Part shown: piece by piece, positions 28,472 through 37,672 of the stretch | Layout of the letters: each line of letters starts with the position of its first letter | Numbering within the stretch: the stretch's first letter is position 1 | Source of the DNA: an uncultured Thermoleophilaceae bacterium | Lineage (GTDB): Bacteria > Actinomycetota > Thermoleophilia > Solirubrobacterales > Thermoleophilaceae | DNA: 64,000 bases | Reading direction: 5' to 3' | Assembly (NCBI GenBank): GCA_963837445.1 | Contig: CAWINK010000014.1 | Span: 9,487-73,486, forward strand | The notes under the pieces: model-generated | Databases searched by the model: none | The model's input: only the letters and a program-made list of their open reading frames with translations | Told to the model about the DNA's origin: nothing | Made by a program: the position numbers and the translations under genes

Positions 28472-29856
28472 ATGCGCGTGCGCGTATCCGGTCGTGGCAT
28501 GGCTGTGCTCGTTGTCGTTCTGCTCGCCTCGGGGGATGCGGCTCTCGCGGCGCCGGGCTACAGGTACGAGCTGCCTTCGGATACGACCTATACGACGGTG
28601 TCGACCCCGACGCCCGTCATCAGCGGCACGGGCGCCGGGGCGGGCACGTCGGCGCCATTCGCTGTTCAGGTCTACGACACGCGGCGGGCGCAGCTGTTCG
28701 TTCACACGAATGGGTTCGTTCAGCTGGGCGGCTCGTTCGGCGGCAGCCAGTCGTGCCTGCCGGCCATGAACTTCGCGCCCCCCACGGTGTTCCCGTTCTG
28801 GGCGAGCTCGGCCGACCTGGCCGCGAACGGCGTGGGCGAGGGTGTCTTTACGCAGACACTTGGCGATGCGCCCAACCGGCGCTTCATCGTGGAGTGGCGC
28901 GGCCACAAGCCCGGCATGCCGGACAGGGACCGCCGCTTCGAGGTCGTCTTCTACGAGAGCTCGCCGGTCATAACGACCGTCTACAGCTCGCCCGGCGTCA
29001 GCGGCTCCGACGCGACGATCGGCGTTTCCAAGGGGCCGAGCGGCCCGCACACGCAGTTCTCGTGTGATGGCGCGTCGATCGGCGGCGCTCACGCGGATCG
29101 ACTACATCCCGGACCCGCGGAATCTCTCGCCGCCCACGGTGAGCGGCACCGCGCGCGCCGGCGAGGGCCTCCAGGGGACGACCGGCAACTGGGACGGCAC
29201 CGAGCCGATCTCCTACGGCTTCCAGTGGCGGCGTTGCGACTCCGCCGACACGGACGATTGCGACGACATCGCCGGCGCGACGGACGTGAGCTACGCACCC
29301 GGAGCGCAGGACGTGAACCGCCGCCTGCGCCTGCGCGTGAAGGCGACGAACATGCCACACCGTGTACATCTACGACGACTCCGCCGACTCCGCCGCGACG
29401 GCCCTCGTGCAAGCCAGCCCGACGGGACCGGGTGGAGGCCCCGGCGGGCCCGGTGGCCCCGGCGGCGGGGCCGTCCGGCCGCCGGAGATCACCTCGCTGG
29501 CCGTGTCGCCGAAGAGGCTGACGCGCCGGAACCGGCGGCGCGGCCGGATCAGTTACGGCCTGTCCGAACCCGCCACGACTCGTATGACCGTCAGGAAGGC
29601 GGCGCCCGGCCGTCGCCTTGGCCGGCGGTGCGTGAAGCCGACGCGCCGGAACGTGGGCGCGCGCAGGTGCAGGCGCTTCGTGACGATGCGGCCCCGGCTG
29701 ACCCATGCCGGCGGGGTCGGCGCCAACCAGGTCGCCTTCCCGGCCCGCCTCGGCCGGCGCCGCCTTACTCGCGGCGACTACCGGCTCACGGCGGTGGCGA
29801 CGGACCTGGACGGCCTACCGTCCGTCGCCCGAACCACGACCTTCAGCATTCGCTGA
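28472..29856 (+). pseudogene. secreted multi-domain protein (Ig-like repeat, Gly/Pro linker, conserved C-terminal beta domain), two frameshifts
   Basis: Signal peptide MAVLVVVLLASGDAALAAP. The repeat GTTGNWDGTEPISYGFQWRRCD...IAGATDVSYAP...LRLRVKATN is in frame 2. TVYIYDDSADS...PGGGPGGPGGPGGG...GDYRLTAVATD is in frame 3. Shifts at about 29088 and 29350. Confidence 0.6.
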
Positions 29857-29895
29857 GCTCGTGGTCACAAGCTGATCCGCAGAGCTTTCGCGGCC

Positions 29896-31479
29896 TTAGG
29901 GAATGCGGCTGCCCGGCGGCGTAACGCCGTCGCCGGGCGGGTCCTTGATGACGTCTAGCGGATCTCTGATGGCGTCTGGCGGGTCCTTGCCATCGGGCGG
30001 GTCTCCGTCGTACCCGGGCGGGCATTCGTCTGGGCCGGTGCCGCGGCCGGGGAAGTCGCACGCGGGATCGGTTGGCAGCGGGTCGGGCTTGTCCGTGTCG
30101 GGCGTATCCGGCACGGAATCGGTCGGCGCCGGCTGGTCGGCCGGCAGATCGGGAAGCGGCGGTGGCTCAGCCGGCGGGTCTGGTCCGGGGCCGACCTCGA
30201 GCAGCTCCTCCAGGCTGTCGGACTGCCCCGAGCCGTCCTGCGGCGGGCCGGAGTCGAGCGGCGCGCTCAGGGTGTCGGGCGCGGCGGGCTCGATCAACGG
30301 ATCTGGCGCCTGGGCGGGCGCCGCCGCGAGAGCGGGCGCCGGAAGAGAACTTGAGGCTCGGGCTGCGACGAGCCTCCCGCCCGTGGGCGCTGCCTTCGGC
30401 TCGGTGTCGCGGGCCGGGGCGCTTCGCGTGGAGGCCGCCGACGCGCTGGCTGCGGGCTTCTTCTTGGCGACGGGATCGACCTGCGCCGCGCCGTCGCCGC
30501 CCAGCAGCGTAAGACCCCCGATTCCCGCGGCGGCAATCGTCGCAGCCGCCACGGCCGCGACGGCGCCTGCCACGGCTCCGGTGCCCGCGGCGGCGCCCGA
30601 CGATCCGGCGCTTCCCTTCCCCGGCGCCGGCACCTGGCTCCAGTCCGCGCCCACGAGCTCGCCGGCCCGTGTGAGCGTTTCCGTGCGCATTCCCGCGAAC
30701 AGGGCAACCGGCAGCCAGCAGCGGTAGGAGGCCCCCACCGCGACCAGCATGCGTTTGGCGGTATTGCACGAGCCGCACTCGTCGAGGTGCTCCTTCAGCC
30801 AGACCCGGTCCGCCTTGTCGACGGGCTCGCCGTCCTGGACCTTGCTGAGCAGGAGCTGCGCCCACTCGCATTCCTCGGACGTCGCCACGACAGAGGCCAC
30901 CGCCCCCGCGGTCAGCGCCTCCCGGAGCTTGGCGCGTGCACGCCAGATCAACTGGGCGGCGGCGTTCTCCGAGATCCCCAGCGTGTCGCCGATCTGCTCG
31001 TAGGAGCGCCCCGCCACCTCGCGCAGCGCGAGCACCTCGCGATGGCGCGGCGCCAGCTTGGCGTTCGCCTCGCGCACGGCCTCCTGCGAGTCGCGGAGGA
31101 GGACGGCCCGCTCGGGGTCCGTGTCCAGGTCGGCCACGCGCCCGCGCTCGGCGGGCGGGCTGTCGGAGGGATGCGTTCGCGCGCGCTGGCGCATCAGGCC
31201 GTAGCTCTCATGGCGCGCTGCGGCGAACAGGTAGGAGGAGAACTCGAGCACCGGCCGATCGTCTTCCTGGAGCCGGCGCAGGACGTTCACGAACGCCTCC
31301 TGCGTCGCGTCGCCCGCGTCCTCCGGGGAGCCCGTCAATCGCAGGCAGTAGTTGAAGACCTGTTCCGCGTAGCGGTCGTACAACTTGCCGTACGAGACCC
31401 CACTGCCCGCAGCAGCTTCCTGGACGAGTACGGCGTCGGGGGTGGTGGTCCCGCGGCGCAGGACCGCGATTCCGGTCAC
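29896..31479 (-). CDS. ECF-type sigma-70 factor fused to a zf-HC2 anti-sigma-like segment, a TM helix and a Pro/Asp-rich extracytoplasmic tail
   Basis: Region 2 is DAGDATQEAFVNVLRRL. Region 4 is EVLALREVAGRSYEQIGDTLGISENAAAQLIWRARAKL. These are followed by HLDECGSCN, the hydrophobic AVAGAVAAVAAATIAAAGIGGLTLL, and about 200 aa rich in P and D. Confidence 0.8.
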   Translation of the reverse strand: MTGIAVLRRGTTTPDAVLVQEAAAGSGVSYGKLYDRYAEQVFNYCLRLTGSPEDAGDATQEAFVNVLRRLQEDDRPVLEFSSYLFAAARHESYGLMRQRARTHPSDSPPAERGRVADLDTDPERAVLLRDSQEAVREANAKLAPRHREVLALREVAGRSYEQIGDTLGISENAAAQLIWRARAKLREALTAGAVASVVATSEECEWAQLLLSKVQDGEPVDKADRVWLKEHLDECGSCNTAKRMLVAVGASYRCWLPVALFAGMRTETLTRAGELVGADWSQVPAPGKGSAGSSGAAAGTGAVAGAVAAVAAATIAAAGIGGLTLLGGDGAAQVDPVAKKKPAASASAASTRSAPARDTEPKAAPTGGRLVAARASSSLPAPALAAAPAQAPDPLIEPAAPDTLSAPLDSGPPQDGSGQSDSLEELLEVGPGPDPPAEPPPLPDLPADQPAPTDSVPDTPDTDKPDPLPTDPACDFPGRGTGPDECPPGYDGDPPDGKDPPDAIRDPLDVIKDPPGDGVTPPGSRIP

Positions 31480-31496
31480 GAGTCTCCCGGTCCACG

Positions 31497-32132
31497 CTAC
31501 GCCCCATGCACGCTGCGGTCAACGCCGGATTCGAGCACGCAGCAGAACGTCTCGATGACTCCGGGGTCGAATTGCGTGCCGGACCCCCGGCGCAACTCCT
31601 CGAGCGCCGTGTCCAGCGTGGCCGCCGAGCGGTACGCCCGCGGGTGCGTCATCGCGTCGAATGCGTCGCATACGGCGACCATCCGTGATGGAAGCGGGAT
31701 GGCGGAACCCTTGAGGCGATCGGGATAGCCGTTGCCGTCCCAGCGCTCGTGCGTCGCGCGCACCAGGCCCCCGAGCCCGGCCAGCACGGGCTTTCGCTCG
31801 AGGATCTTCTGGCCGATCACGGAGTGCCCCTCCATCAGGGCGCGCTCGTAATGAGTGAGCGGTCCGGGCTTGTCGAGCACCCAGGGCGGGATCGCGAGCT
31901 TTCCGACGTCGTGCACGCGGGCCGTGCGGATCACGAGCTCGAGCAGCACGGCATCAAGGCCGAGCTCGAGTGCGAACAGCCGCGCGGTGCGCGCCGTTCT
32001 CTCCATGTGGGCTGCCACTTCGGGCGCGGATTCCTCGACGAGCTCGAGCAGGGCAGCCAGTGCGGCCTCCACGGCAGCGGGGGTAAAGCGGGCGTCCTCG
32101 ATTGCGTTCCAGCGAGGGGCCGAATGCACCAC
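31497..32132 (-). CDS. HD-GYP domain protein (c-di-GMP phosphodiesterase family)
   Basis: RVHDVGKLAIP and HERWDGNGYPD motifs. Sits 17 nt upstream of the sigma-fusion gene on the same strand. Confidence 0.85.
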   Translation of the reverse strand: MVHSAPRWNAIEDARFTPAAVEAALAALLELVEESAPEVAAHMERTARTARLFALELGLDAVLLELVIRTARVHDVGKLAIPPWVLDKPGPLTHYERALMEGHSVIGQKILERKPVLAGLGGLVRATHERWDGNGYPDRLKGSAIPLPSRMVAVCDAFDAMTHPRAYRSAATLDTALEELRRGSGTQFDPGVIETFCCVLESGVDRSVHGA

Positions 32133-32268
32133 GCGAGTCCTTTCGATCGGGGCCGGCCGGCCGCGAAACGAGCGACCGGGATCGTTGTCAGCACCCCAAA
32201 AGAGCGACCTGCGTGGGATTCCTTACGCGGACTCGGGCAAACTCGTTTCGAGGCCGTGTAGCGCGGCC

Positions 32269-32297
32269 TTGACACCCCCACACGAGCGAGCTTTGAT
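32269..32297 (+). promoter_or_regulatory. sigma-70-type promoter driving a leaderless transcript of the EEP gene
   Basis: TTGACA (32269-32274), a 17-nt spacer, TTTGAT (32292-32297), then 6 nt to the ATG at 32304. No room for a Shine-Dalgarno sequence. Confidence 0.45.
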
Positions 32298-32303
32298 CAC
32301 AAC

Positions 32304-33443
32304 ATGCCGAAGTACGACGACATCAATCCGAAGAGCACGACCGTCTCGCCGTACTGGGGGTCGCACGCGGCGGTTCGGAAGCGCACAGCCAAGCATCTGC
32401 TGGCGCTCCGGGAGGCGCTCACCTCGGGTCAGGGCGCACCGCCTCCGCGCGCGGGCGACAAGCTCGTGCTCGGCACCTGGAACCTCCGCGAGTTCGACTC
32501 AGGGAGCTGGGGCGAGCGCCTCCCCGAGAGCCTCACCTACATCGCCGAGATCATCGACCGCTTCGACCTGGTCGCGATACAGGAGGTGCGTGCCGATCTG
32601 CGCGCGCTGAGGGACCTGCAGTACCGGCTCGGACCCAACTGGTCGTACCTGGTCTCGGACGTGACGCGCGGGACCGCCGGCAACCAGGAGCGGTTGGCGT
32701 ATCTCTACGACACGCGGAAGGTGCGCTTCCTCGGCATCGCCGGCGAGCTCGTGCTTCCGCCGGTGAAGGCTCCGAAGGGCGGGGGCGCGGGCGCGCCCAA
32801 GGAGATCCCGGCCCAGCAGATCGCGCGAACCCCGCTGATGGCCGCCTTCCAGGTCGGGTGGACCAGGTTCGTGCTCGCCACCGTGCACATCCTCTATGGG
32901 GACGACTCCGCGGAGCCGCTGGCTCGAATCGAGGAGATCAAGCAGTTCGCCAGCTTCCTGCGCGAGCGAACCGACGACCCCACCGAGGGGATCCGCAACT
33001 TCATCGCGCTCGGGGACTTCAACATCTTCAGCAGCACCGACAAGACGATGAAGGCGCTCGTCGAGGAGGGCGGCTTCACGATCCCGGACGGCACGAAGGA
33101 CATCCCCGGCACGAACGTCGACAAGAGCAAGAAGTACGACCAGATCGCCTACCGCGCGCGCGGAGATCGCTTTCTGAGCACCGGGAGGGCGGGGTGCTTT
33201 GACTTCTACGAGCACGTCTTCACCGACGACGAGGCGGACTCGTACCGGCCGCAGATCGACGAGTACATCAAGGCCCAGCACGCCGCCGGCAAGAAGACGC
33301 CCAAGTTCCCGACCACGGACAAGACCGCGAAGACACAGTTCAAGATGTGGCGGACCTACCAGATGTCGGACCACCTTCCGCTCTGGGCCGAGTTCCAGGT
33401 GGACTTCTCCGACGAGTACCTGACCGACATCGCCTCCGCGTAG
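32304..33443 (+). CDS. endonuclease/exonuclease/phosphatase (EEP) family protein
   Basis: LVLGTWNLREF...DLVAIQEVR...ATVHILYG...LGDFNI...MSDHLPLWAEF are the characteristic EEP catalytic blocks. Confidence 0.8.
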   Translation: MPKYDDINPKSTTVSPYWGSHAAVRKRTAKHLLALREALTSGQGAPPPRAGDKLVLGTWNLREFDSGSWGERLPESLTYIAEIIDRFDLVAIQEVRADLRALRDLQYRLGPNWSYLVSDVTRGTAGNQERLAYLYDTRKVRFLGIAGELVLPPVKAPKGGGAGAPKEIPAQQIARTPLMAAFQVGWTRFVLATVHILYGDDSAEPLARIEEIKQFASFLRERTDDPTEGIRNFIALGDFNIFSSTDKTMKALVEEGGFTIPDGTKDIPGTNVDKSKKYDQIAYRARGDRFLSTGRAGCFDFYEHVFTDDEADSYRPQIDEYIKAQHAAGKKTPKFPTTDKTAKTQFKMWRTYQMSDHLPLWAEFQVDFSDEYLTDIASA

Positions 33444-33455
33444 CTTGCGGCGGCC

Positions 33456-34772
33456 CTACGGTGCGGCCGGCGGCGGATGGCAGCTTCCGCCCGTCTCGTC
33501 CACCACCGTCCCGTCCTCGCCGATGAACCGGGCTGTGTAGGAGCCGGACTCGAGCGCCACCTCGAGCACGCCGAAGACGTCGTTGCGCAATACCTCGCTG
33601 TTGGCCGCCTGCGGACCCGGGTCATGGAAGCTGCGACCTCCGGTGCCCACCACGAACTCCCTCAACCCAGCAGGGTCGGGCACTCCAGCCGGAGTAACTG
33701 CCGCGAAGCGCTCGTAGTTGTGCGAATGGCCCGACAGAACAAGCTCGGCACCGTGCTCGTGGAGAGCCTCGAACAGCGGGGCGGTCTCGGGATGATGCTG
33801 GTTTGCGTTGCTGAAGCCGGAGCTGAAGCGCGGGTGATGCCAGTAGGCGAGCACGCAGGCGTCGTCCGGAAGCGTGTCGAGCTCGTCGCGGAGCCACTGC
33901 TCCTGCTCGCTGCCGGCGGCGCAGGACACGGGCCAGCAGTCGTCTGGCAATGACGGGTTCAGGCCGCCGGCGCGCGTGTAGTTGATGGCGCCCGAGTTCA
34001 GCACGAGCATCGTCCAGTCGCCGAGCTGCCAGCGGTAGTAGCCCTTCGTCGGGTCGCCGGCTGCGGCCCCGAAGTACGTGTAATAGCCGGGCGCCGAGTC
34101 GCGCTCGGGATCGCCCTCGTACTCGTGGTTGCCGACGGCGGGGTGCGTGATGTCGAAAAAGCGCCCCCAGGTCGGGTCGTACTCCGCCATGTAGTTCTCG
34201 AATTCGCCGAACTGGTACTGGGTGTCACCAAGCGGCGCGACAGCATCGGGGGCGAGGGTCTCGATGAGATCGGCGGTGCGTGCGTGGCGGCACTCCGTCG
34301 CAGTCTCGGGTAGCTCGGGGCGGCAGGCAATGTCGCCGGCGGCCACAAGCGTGGGTGGATCGGGCGGGGGCGGCGGCGGGGGCGGCGGCGCGGCCACCGG
34401 CAGCGGCGGCGGGGGCGGCGGCGCGGGAGTCGGTTGCGACAAGGCCCTCACTCGCAGCCGCCGCCGTACGACGATCCCGCGCGACCGGGCGGTCAGTGTG
34501 TAGCGGCGGGCCGCCACCCTGCGGGGAAGCCGTATCCGCAGGCGGAAGCCTCCCTTTGGACCGCTGCGCAGCCGCCGCAGTGAGCGGCCCGAAAGGAGCA
34601 GCCGCACGGGCGCGCGGGCCGGGAAACCGTGACCCGTGAGCCGGAGCGTCTGTCCCGGGAGCGCACTGGTCCGCGAGAGCTTCAGCGTTGGCTTGGCGGG
34701 TGCTGATAGCGCTGGCGCAACGAGAATCCCCAGCGCCAGGAGCGCCAGCAGCAAGCAACGCGGCCGTGTCAT
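33456..34772 (-). CDS. secreted metallophosphoesterase with an N-terminal beta domain and a poly-Pro linker
   Basis: Signal peptide CLLLALLALGILVAPALSAP. Linker PAPPPPPPLPVAAPPPPPPPPPDPP. MPE motifs GDTQY, GNHEY, WHHPRFSSG and SGHSHNYERF. Confidence 0.85.
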   Translation of the reverse strand: MTRPRCLLLALLALGILVAPALSAPAKPTLKLSRTSALPGQTLRLTGHGFPARAPVRLLLSGRSLRRLRSGPKGGFRLRIRLPRRVAARRYTLTARSRGIVVRRRLRVRALSQPTPAPPPPPPLPVAAPPPPPPPPPDPPTLVAAGDIACRPELPETATECRHARTADLIETLAPDAVAPLGDTQYQFGEFENYMAEYDPTWGRFFDITHPAVGNHEYEGDPERDSAPGYYTYFGAAAGDPTKGYYRWQLGDWTMLVLNSGAINYTRAGGLNPSLPDDCWPVSCAAGSEQEQWLRDELDTLPDDACVLAYWHHPRFSSGFSNANQHHPETAPLFEALHEHGAELVLSGHSHNYERFAAVTPAGVPDPAGLREFVVGTGGRSFHDPGPQAANSEVLRNDVFGVLEVALESGSYTARFIGEDGTVVDETGGSCHPPPAAP

Positions 34773-35001
34773 CCCGGCGAGGATCGCAGTAAGTCCGGCG
34801 CGCGTCTCAGTAGCTCAGGCGGGCCCTCGTAGAAGCTCCCGGATGTAGCCCGCCACGATCGCCCGGTCCCAGCGTTCTGGCCGGACGGGCGGTGGGGTTT
34901 GGTCGATTGCCTGAGGCTGAGGTTGCTGCATCCGGCGTTCTCCTGGACGAATCGATAGTACGAGGAACGTCGAACAGTAGCAACGGCTCGATCAGCCGCT
35001 C

Positions 35002-35319
35002 CTAGTCAGGACATAGCGGCGAGACCGGGATCCTCGTATCGCCCTCGACCTGCGGAATCGTCAGCTCCAGCTTGTCCACGAAGCACCACGACCAGTGCTC
35101 GCCGGGCTGGATCGAGCGCATGATCGGGTGGCCAGTCTCCTCCGCGTGCGCGGTCGCGTGACGCCCAGGCGAGCTGTCGCAGCAGCCCACGTGACCACAC
35201 CCCAGGCAGATGCGCAGGTGGCACCACTTGCCGCCGCTTCGGAGGCACTCCTCGCAGCCGTCAACCGCCGGCGGCAGCTCCGTGAGCTCGATCGAGTCGA
35301 CGTGTGTGCAACGGGGCAT
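35002..35319 (-). CDS. UBP-type zinc-finger protein
   Basis: MPRCTHVD...CEECLRSGGKWCHLRICLGCGHVGCCDSSPGRHATAHAEETGHPIM from the internal ATG at 35317-35319. The upstream part of the tracked ORF is antisense shadow. Confidence 0.75.
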   Translation of the reverse strand: MPRCTHVDSIELTELPPAVDGCEECLRSGGKWCHLRICLGCGHVGCCDSSPGRHATAHAEETGHPIMRSIQPGEHWSWCFVDKLELTIPQVEGDTRIPVSPLCPD

Positions 35320-35340
35320 GTCAGGCCGTACCGTACGCGC

Positions 35341-35952
35341 ATGAACGACTTCGTGTCCCGAGGCTTCACACGGCGTCGCATCACACCGGATGAGCTCGCG
35401 GACCGCGTTCCGCCAGGCCAGTACGTGGAGCGCGGCTTCCCCGTGCTCACCGCGGGCCCGACGCCGCGCATCGACACCGACGCGTGGGGATTTCGCATCG
35501 ACGGCATGGTCGGCAGCGAGCGCGAGTGGACCTGGGAGGAGTTCCACGAGCTGCCGTTCGAGACGATCCCGTGCGACATCCACTGCGTGACGAAGTGGTC
35601 GAAGCTCGGCACCAGCTTCGGCGGCGTGTCGGTGGACACCCTCCTGGACGGCGCGCAGCCCGAGGGCGCCTACGCCATGGCCTACTCGTACGGCGGCTAC
35701 ACGACGAACCTGCCGCTGGCCGACCTCACCGGCGGCAAGGCGTGGGTGGTGACCGAGCACGAGGGCGAGCCGCTCCCGCGCGAGCACGGCGGGCCGGCTC
35801 GGCTGCTCGTGCCTCACCTCTACTTCTGGAAGAGCGCGAAGTGGGTGGCGGGCCTGCGCGTGATGGATCACGACGAGCCCGGCTTCTGGGAGCAGAACGG
35901 CTACCACCTCCGCGGGGACCCCTGGAAGGAGGAGCGCTATTGGAGCGACTGA
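35341..35952 (+). CDS. sulfite-oxidase-like molybdopterin oxidoreductase (YedY/MsrP-like fold)
   Basis: WTWEEFHELPFETIPCDIHCVTKWSKLGTSFGGVS...GGPARLLVPHLYFWKSAKWV. ATG at 35341. Confidence 0.8.
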   Translation: MNDFVSRGFTRRRITPDELADRVPPGQYVERGFPVLTAGPTPRIDTDAWGFRIDGMVGSEREWTWEEFHELPFETIPCDIHCVTKWSKLGTSFGGVSVDTLLDGAQPEGAYAMAYSYGGYTTNLPLADLTGGKAWVVTEHEGEPLPREHGGPARLLVPHLYFWKSAKWVAGLRVMDHDEPGFWEQNGYHLRGDPWKEERYWSD

Positions 35953-36662
35953 CTCCGGTCGAGCAGCGCGCTCCCGGGCACTGGCAGATCGCCACCGTCT
36001 CACAGGTCAAGCAGGAGACGCCGAGCGTGAAGTCGTTCCGCTTCGAGGTCCCGATGTGGATGCCGCACCTCCCCGGCCAGCACTACGACGTCCGCCTCAC
36101 GGACCCCGACGGCTACCACGCCCAGCGCTCCTACTCGATCGCCTCCTCCCCGCTCGACGAGGGTGAGATCGAGCTGACGATCGACCGCCTCGACGACGGC
36201 GAGGTGTCGCCGTACTTCCACGAGGTCGTGGAGGAGGGCGACCAGGTGGAGCTGCGCGGGCCGTTCACCTCCTACTTCGTGTGGCGCGGCGAGTCGCCCG
36301 TGCTGCTGGTGGGCGGCGGCTCCGGGGTGGTTCCACTGATGGCGATGCTGCGGCACAAGCGACGCACGATGCCGGAGCTCGACATGCGCCTCGTGTACTC
36401 GGTGCGGTATCCCGACGACGTGATCTTCGCGGACGAGCTGGGCCACGACGCTCTGCTCACCTATACGCGCGAGGCGCCCGAGGGCTGGAGCGGCCACACG
36501 GGGCACATCGACGCCGACCTCTTGCGCGGTCCCGCCGACGGCGCGCAGCTCGCGTTCGCCTGCGGGTCGAACGGGTTCGTGGAGACCGCGAGCGACCTGC
36601 TGCTCGACCTCGGGATGGAGCCGGGCGTGATTCGCACCGAGCGGTTCGGGCCGACGAGCTGA
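35940..36662 (+). CDS. FAD/NAD(P)-binding ferredoxin-reductase-type oxidoreductase
   Basis: RSYSIAS (RxYS FAD motif) and LLVGGGSGVVPLMAML (NAD(P) motif). A TTG start at 35940 overlaps the upstream gene by 13 nt. Confidence 0.8.
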   Translation: MERLTPVEQRAPGHWQIATVSQVKQETPSVKSFRFEVPMWMPHLPGQHYDVRLTDPDGYHAQRSYSIASSPLDEGEIELTIDRLDDGEVSPYFHEVVEEGDQVELRGPFTSYFVWRGESPVLLVGGGSGVVPLMAMLRHKRRTMPELDMRLVYSVRYPDDVIFADELGHDALLTYTREAPEGWSGHTGHIDADLLRGPADGAQLAFACGSNGFVETASDLLLDLGMEPGVIRTERFGPTS

Positions 36663-37144
36663 TGGAGGAGCGGATGGAGGCAGCCCGGCAGGTCCTGCGC
36701 GACTTCCACATGGGCAAGGACTGGGACACGGTGATCGAGGACGGCATCCCTCCTGAGCTCGCGAGCCTCCTGGGCGAGCTGCTCGACGCGTACCGCCGCG
36801 CGGACCTCGAGTGGCTCCTCGAGCACACCGATCCGGACGTGGAGATCACGCAGATCCCGGAGCTTCCGGGCGCCCGGACCTACCGCGGCTGCGAGGGCTT
36901 CATCGACGCGCTGCTGGATTGGCCGCGGCAGTGGGAGAACTTCAGCGTGGACCCCTGCCGCCTGTTTGCGGTGGGCGACGACCACCTCGTGATCGCGACG
37001 ATCAATCGCGGCCGCCCGCCGAGCATGGACATCGAGGTGGAGGCGCAGATCGTGTTCCTGATGCGCTGGCGCGACCGGCGCATGACCAACTGGAACATAT
37101 TCATGACGGTCGAAGAGGCCGTGGCGCTGGCCCAGACGCGCTAG
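36662..37144 (+). CDS. SnoaL-like / NTF2-fold protein
   Basis: AYRRADLEWLLEHTDPDVEITQ parallels NRGDLEWLLERIDDDFEF of the 4860 gene. The ATG at 36662 overlaps the upstream stop. Confidence 0.65.
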   Translation: MEERMEAARQVLRDFHMGKDWDTVIEDGIPPELASLLGELLDAYRRADLEWLLEHTDPDVEITQIPELPGARTYRGCEGFIDALLDWPRQWENFSVDPCRLFAVGDDHLVIATINRGRPPSMDIEVEAQIVFLMRWRDRRMTNWNIFMTVEEAVALAQTR

Positions 37145-37153
37145 GCGGCTATC

Positions 37154-37360
37154 GTGAGATGCATGGCGGACCGCGAGAGCGCGCGCCTCGACCAGCTCCG
37201 CACCGAGGCCGCCTACCACCAGCAGCGCCTCGACCTCTACCGAGCCAAGCTCTACGGAGGGCGCGCGGTGAACATGGTCCGGCTCGACGAGTTCCAGCGG
37301 GCGTCGGACGGCGCGGCCGCTCGCCTGCGCGAGGCGTTGGCTGACCCCACCCCGGAGTAG
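37154..37360 (+). CDS. hypothetical coiled-coil protein
   Basis: 68-aa ORF with helical heptad-like composition. No recognisable family. Confidence 0.3.
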   Translation: MRCMADRESARLDQLRTEAAYHQQRLDLYRAKLYGGRAVNMVRLDEFQRASDGAAARLREALADPTPE

Positions 37361-37424
37361 ACTGGTCCCAGACCGCACCTCAGGTGCTCGCCTCTGCCTG
37401 TCGCGTCGGTACCCCCGAGAGAGG

Positions 37425-37670
37425 TTGAGGAATGGCATGTTCGAGCGCCTGCGCCGCCGGTCGCCGCCGCCTGTGGACCTCTCGCGGCACACGATCGACG
37501 GTCTCGAAGGCCGCGTGGCCGACCTCGAGGTGATGCTCCTGGGGCTTCAGGACGCCGTGCATCGCGAGGCCGTGCGCCGTGACGAGCAGGCCACGCGATT
37601 CGAGCGCCGGCTCGAGCCGCGCGAGCTGGCCCGGGCCCTCAGCGACGACGCACGCGAGCGCGGGTTGTAG
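37425..37670 (+). CDS. hypothetical small protein
   Basis: 81-aa ORF ending 2 nt before the next gene start, suggesting co-transcription. Confidence 0.35.
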   Translation: MRNGMFERLRRRSPPPVDLSRHTIDGLEGRVADLEVMLLGLQDAVHREAVRRDEQATRFERRLEPRELARALSDDARERGL

Positions 37671-37672
37671 GC

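Noticed and set aside
25175-29092. Very long minus-strand ORFs (25175..27112 and 27122..29092) and plus-strand alternate-frame ORFs (25699..26913, 27151..29067) over nrdJ
   Set aside because: These are shadows of the 945-aa nrdJ frame. They lack motifs and have the Arg/His/Asp-rich composition of off-frame GC-rich DNA.
34320-34450. Repetitive gggggcggcggc tracts that look like a short-period repeat array
   Set aside because: They are the reverse complement of the poly-proline linker codons of the metallophosphoesterase. They are not a CRISPR or a non-coding satellite. No CRISPR-like repeat-spacer pattern was seen anywhere in the window.
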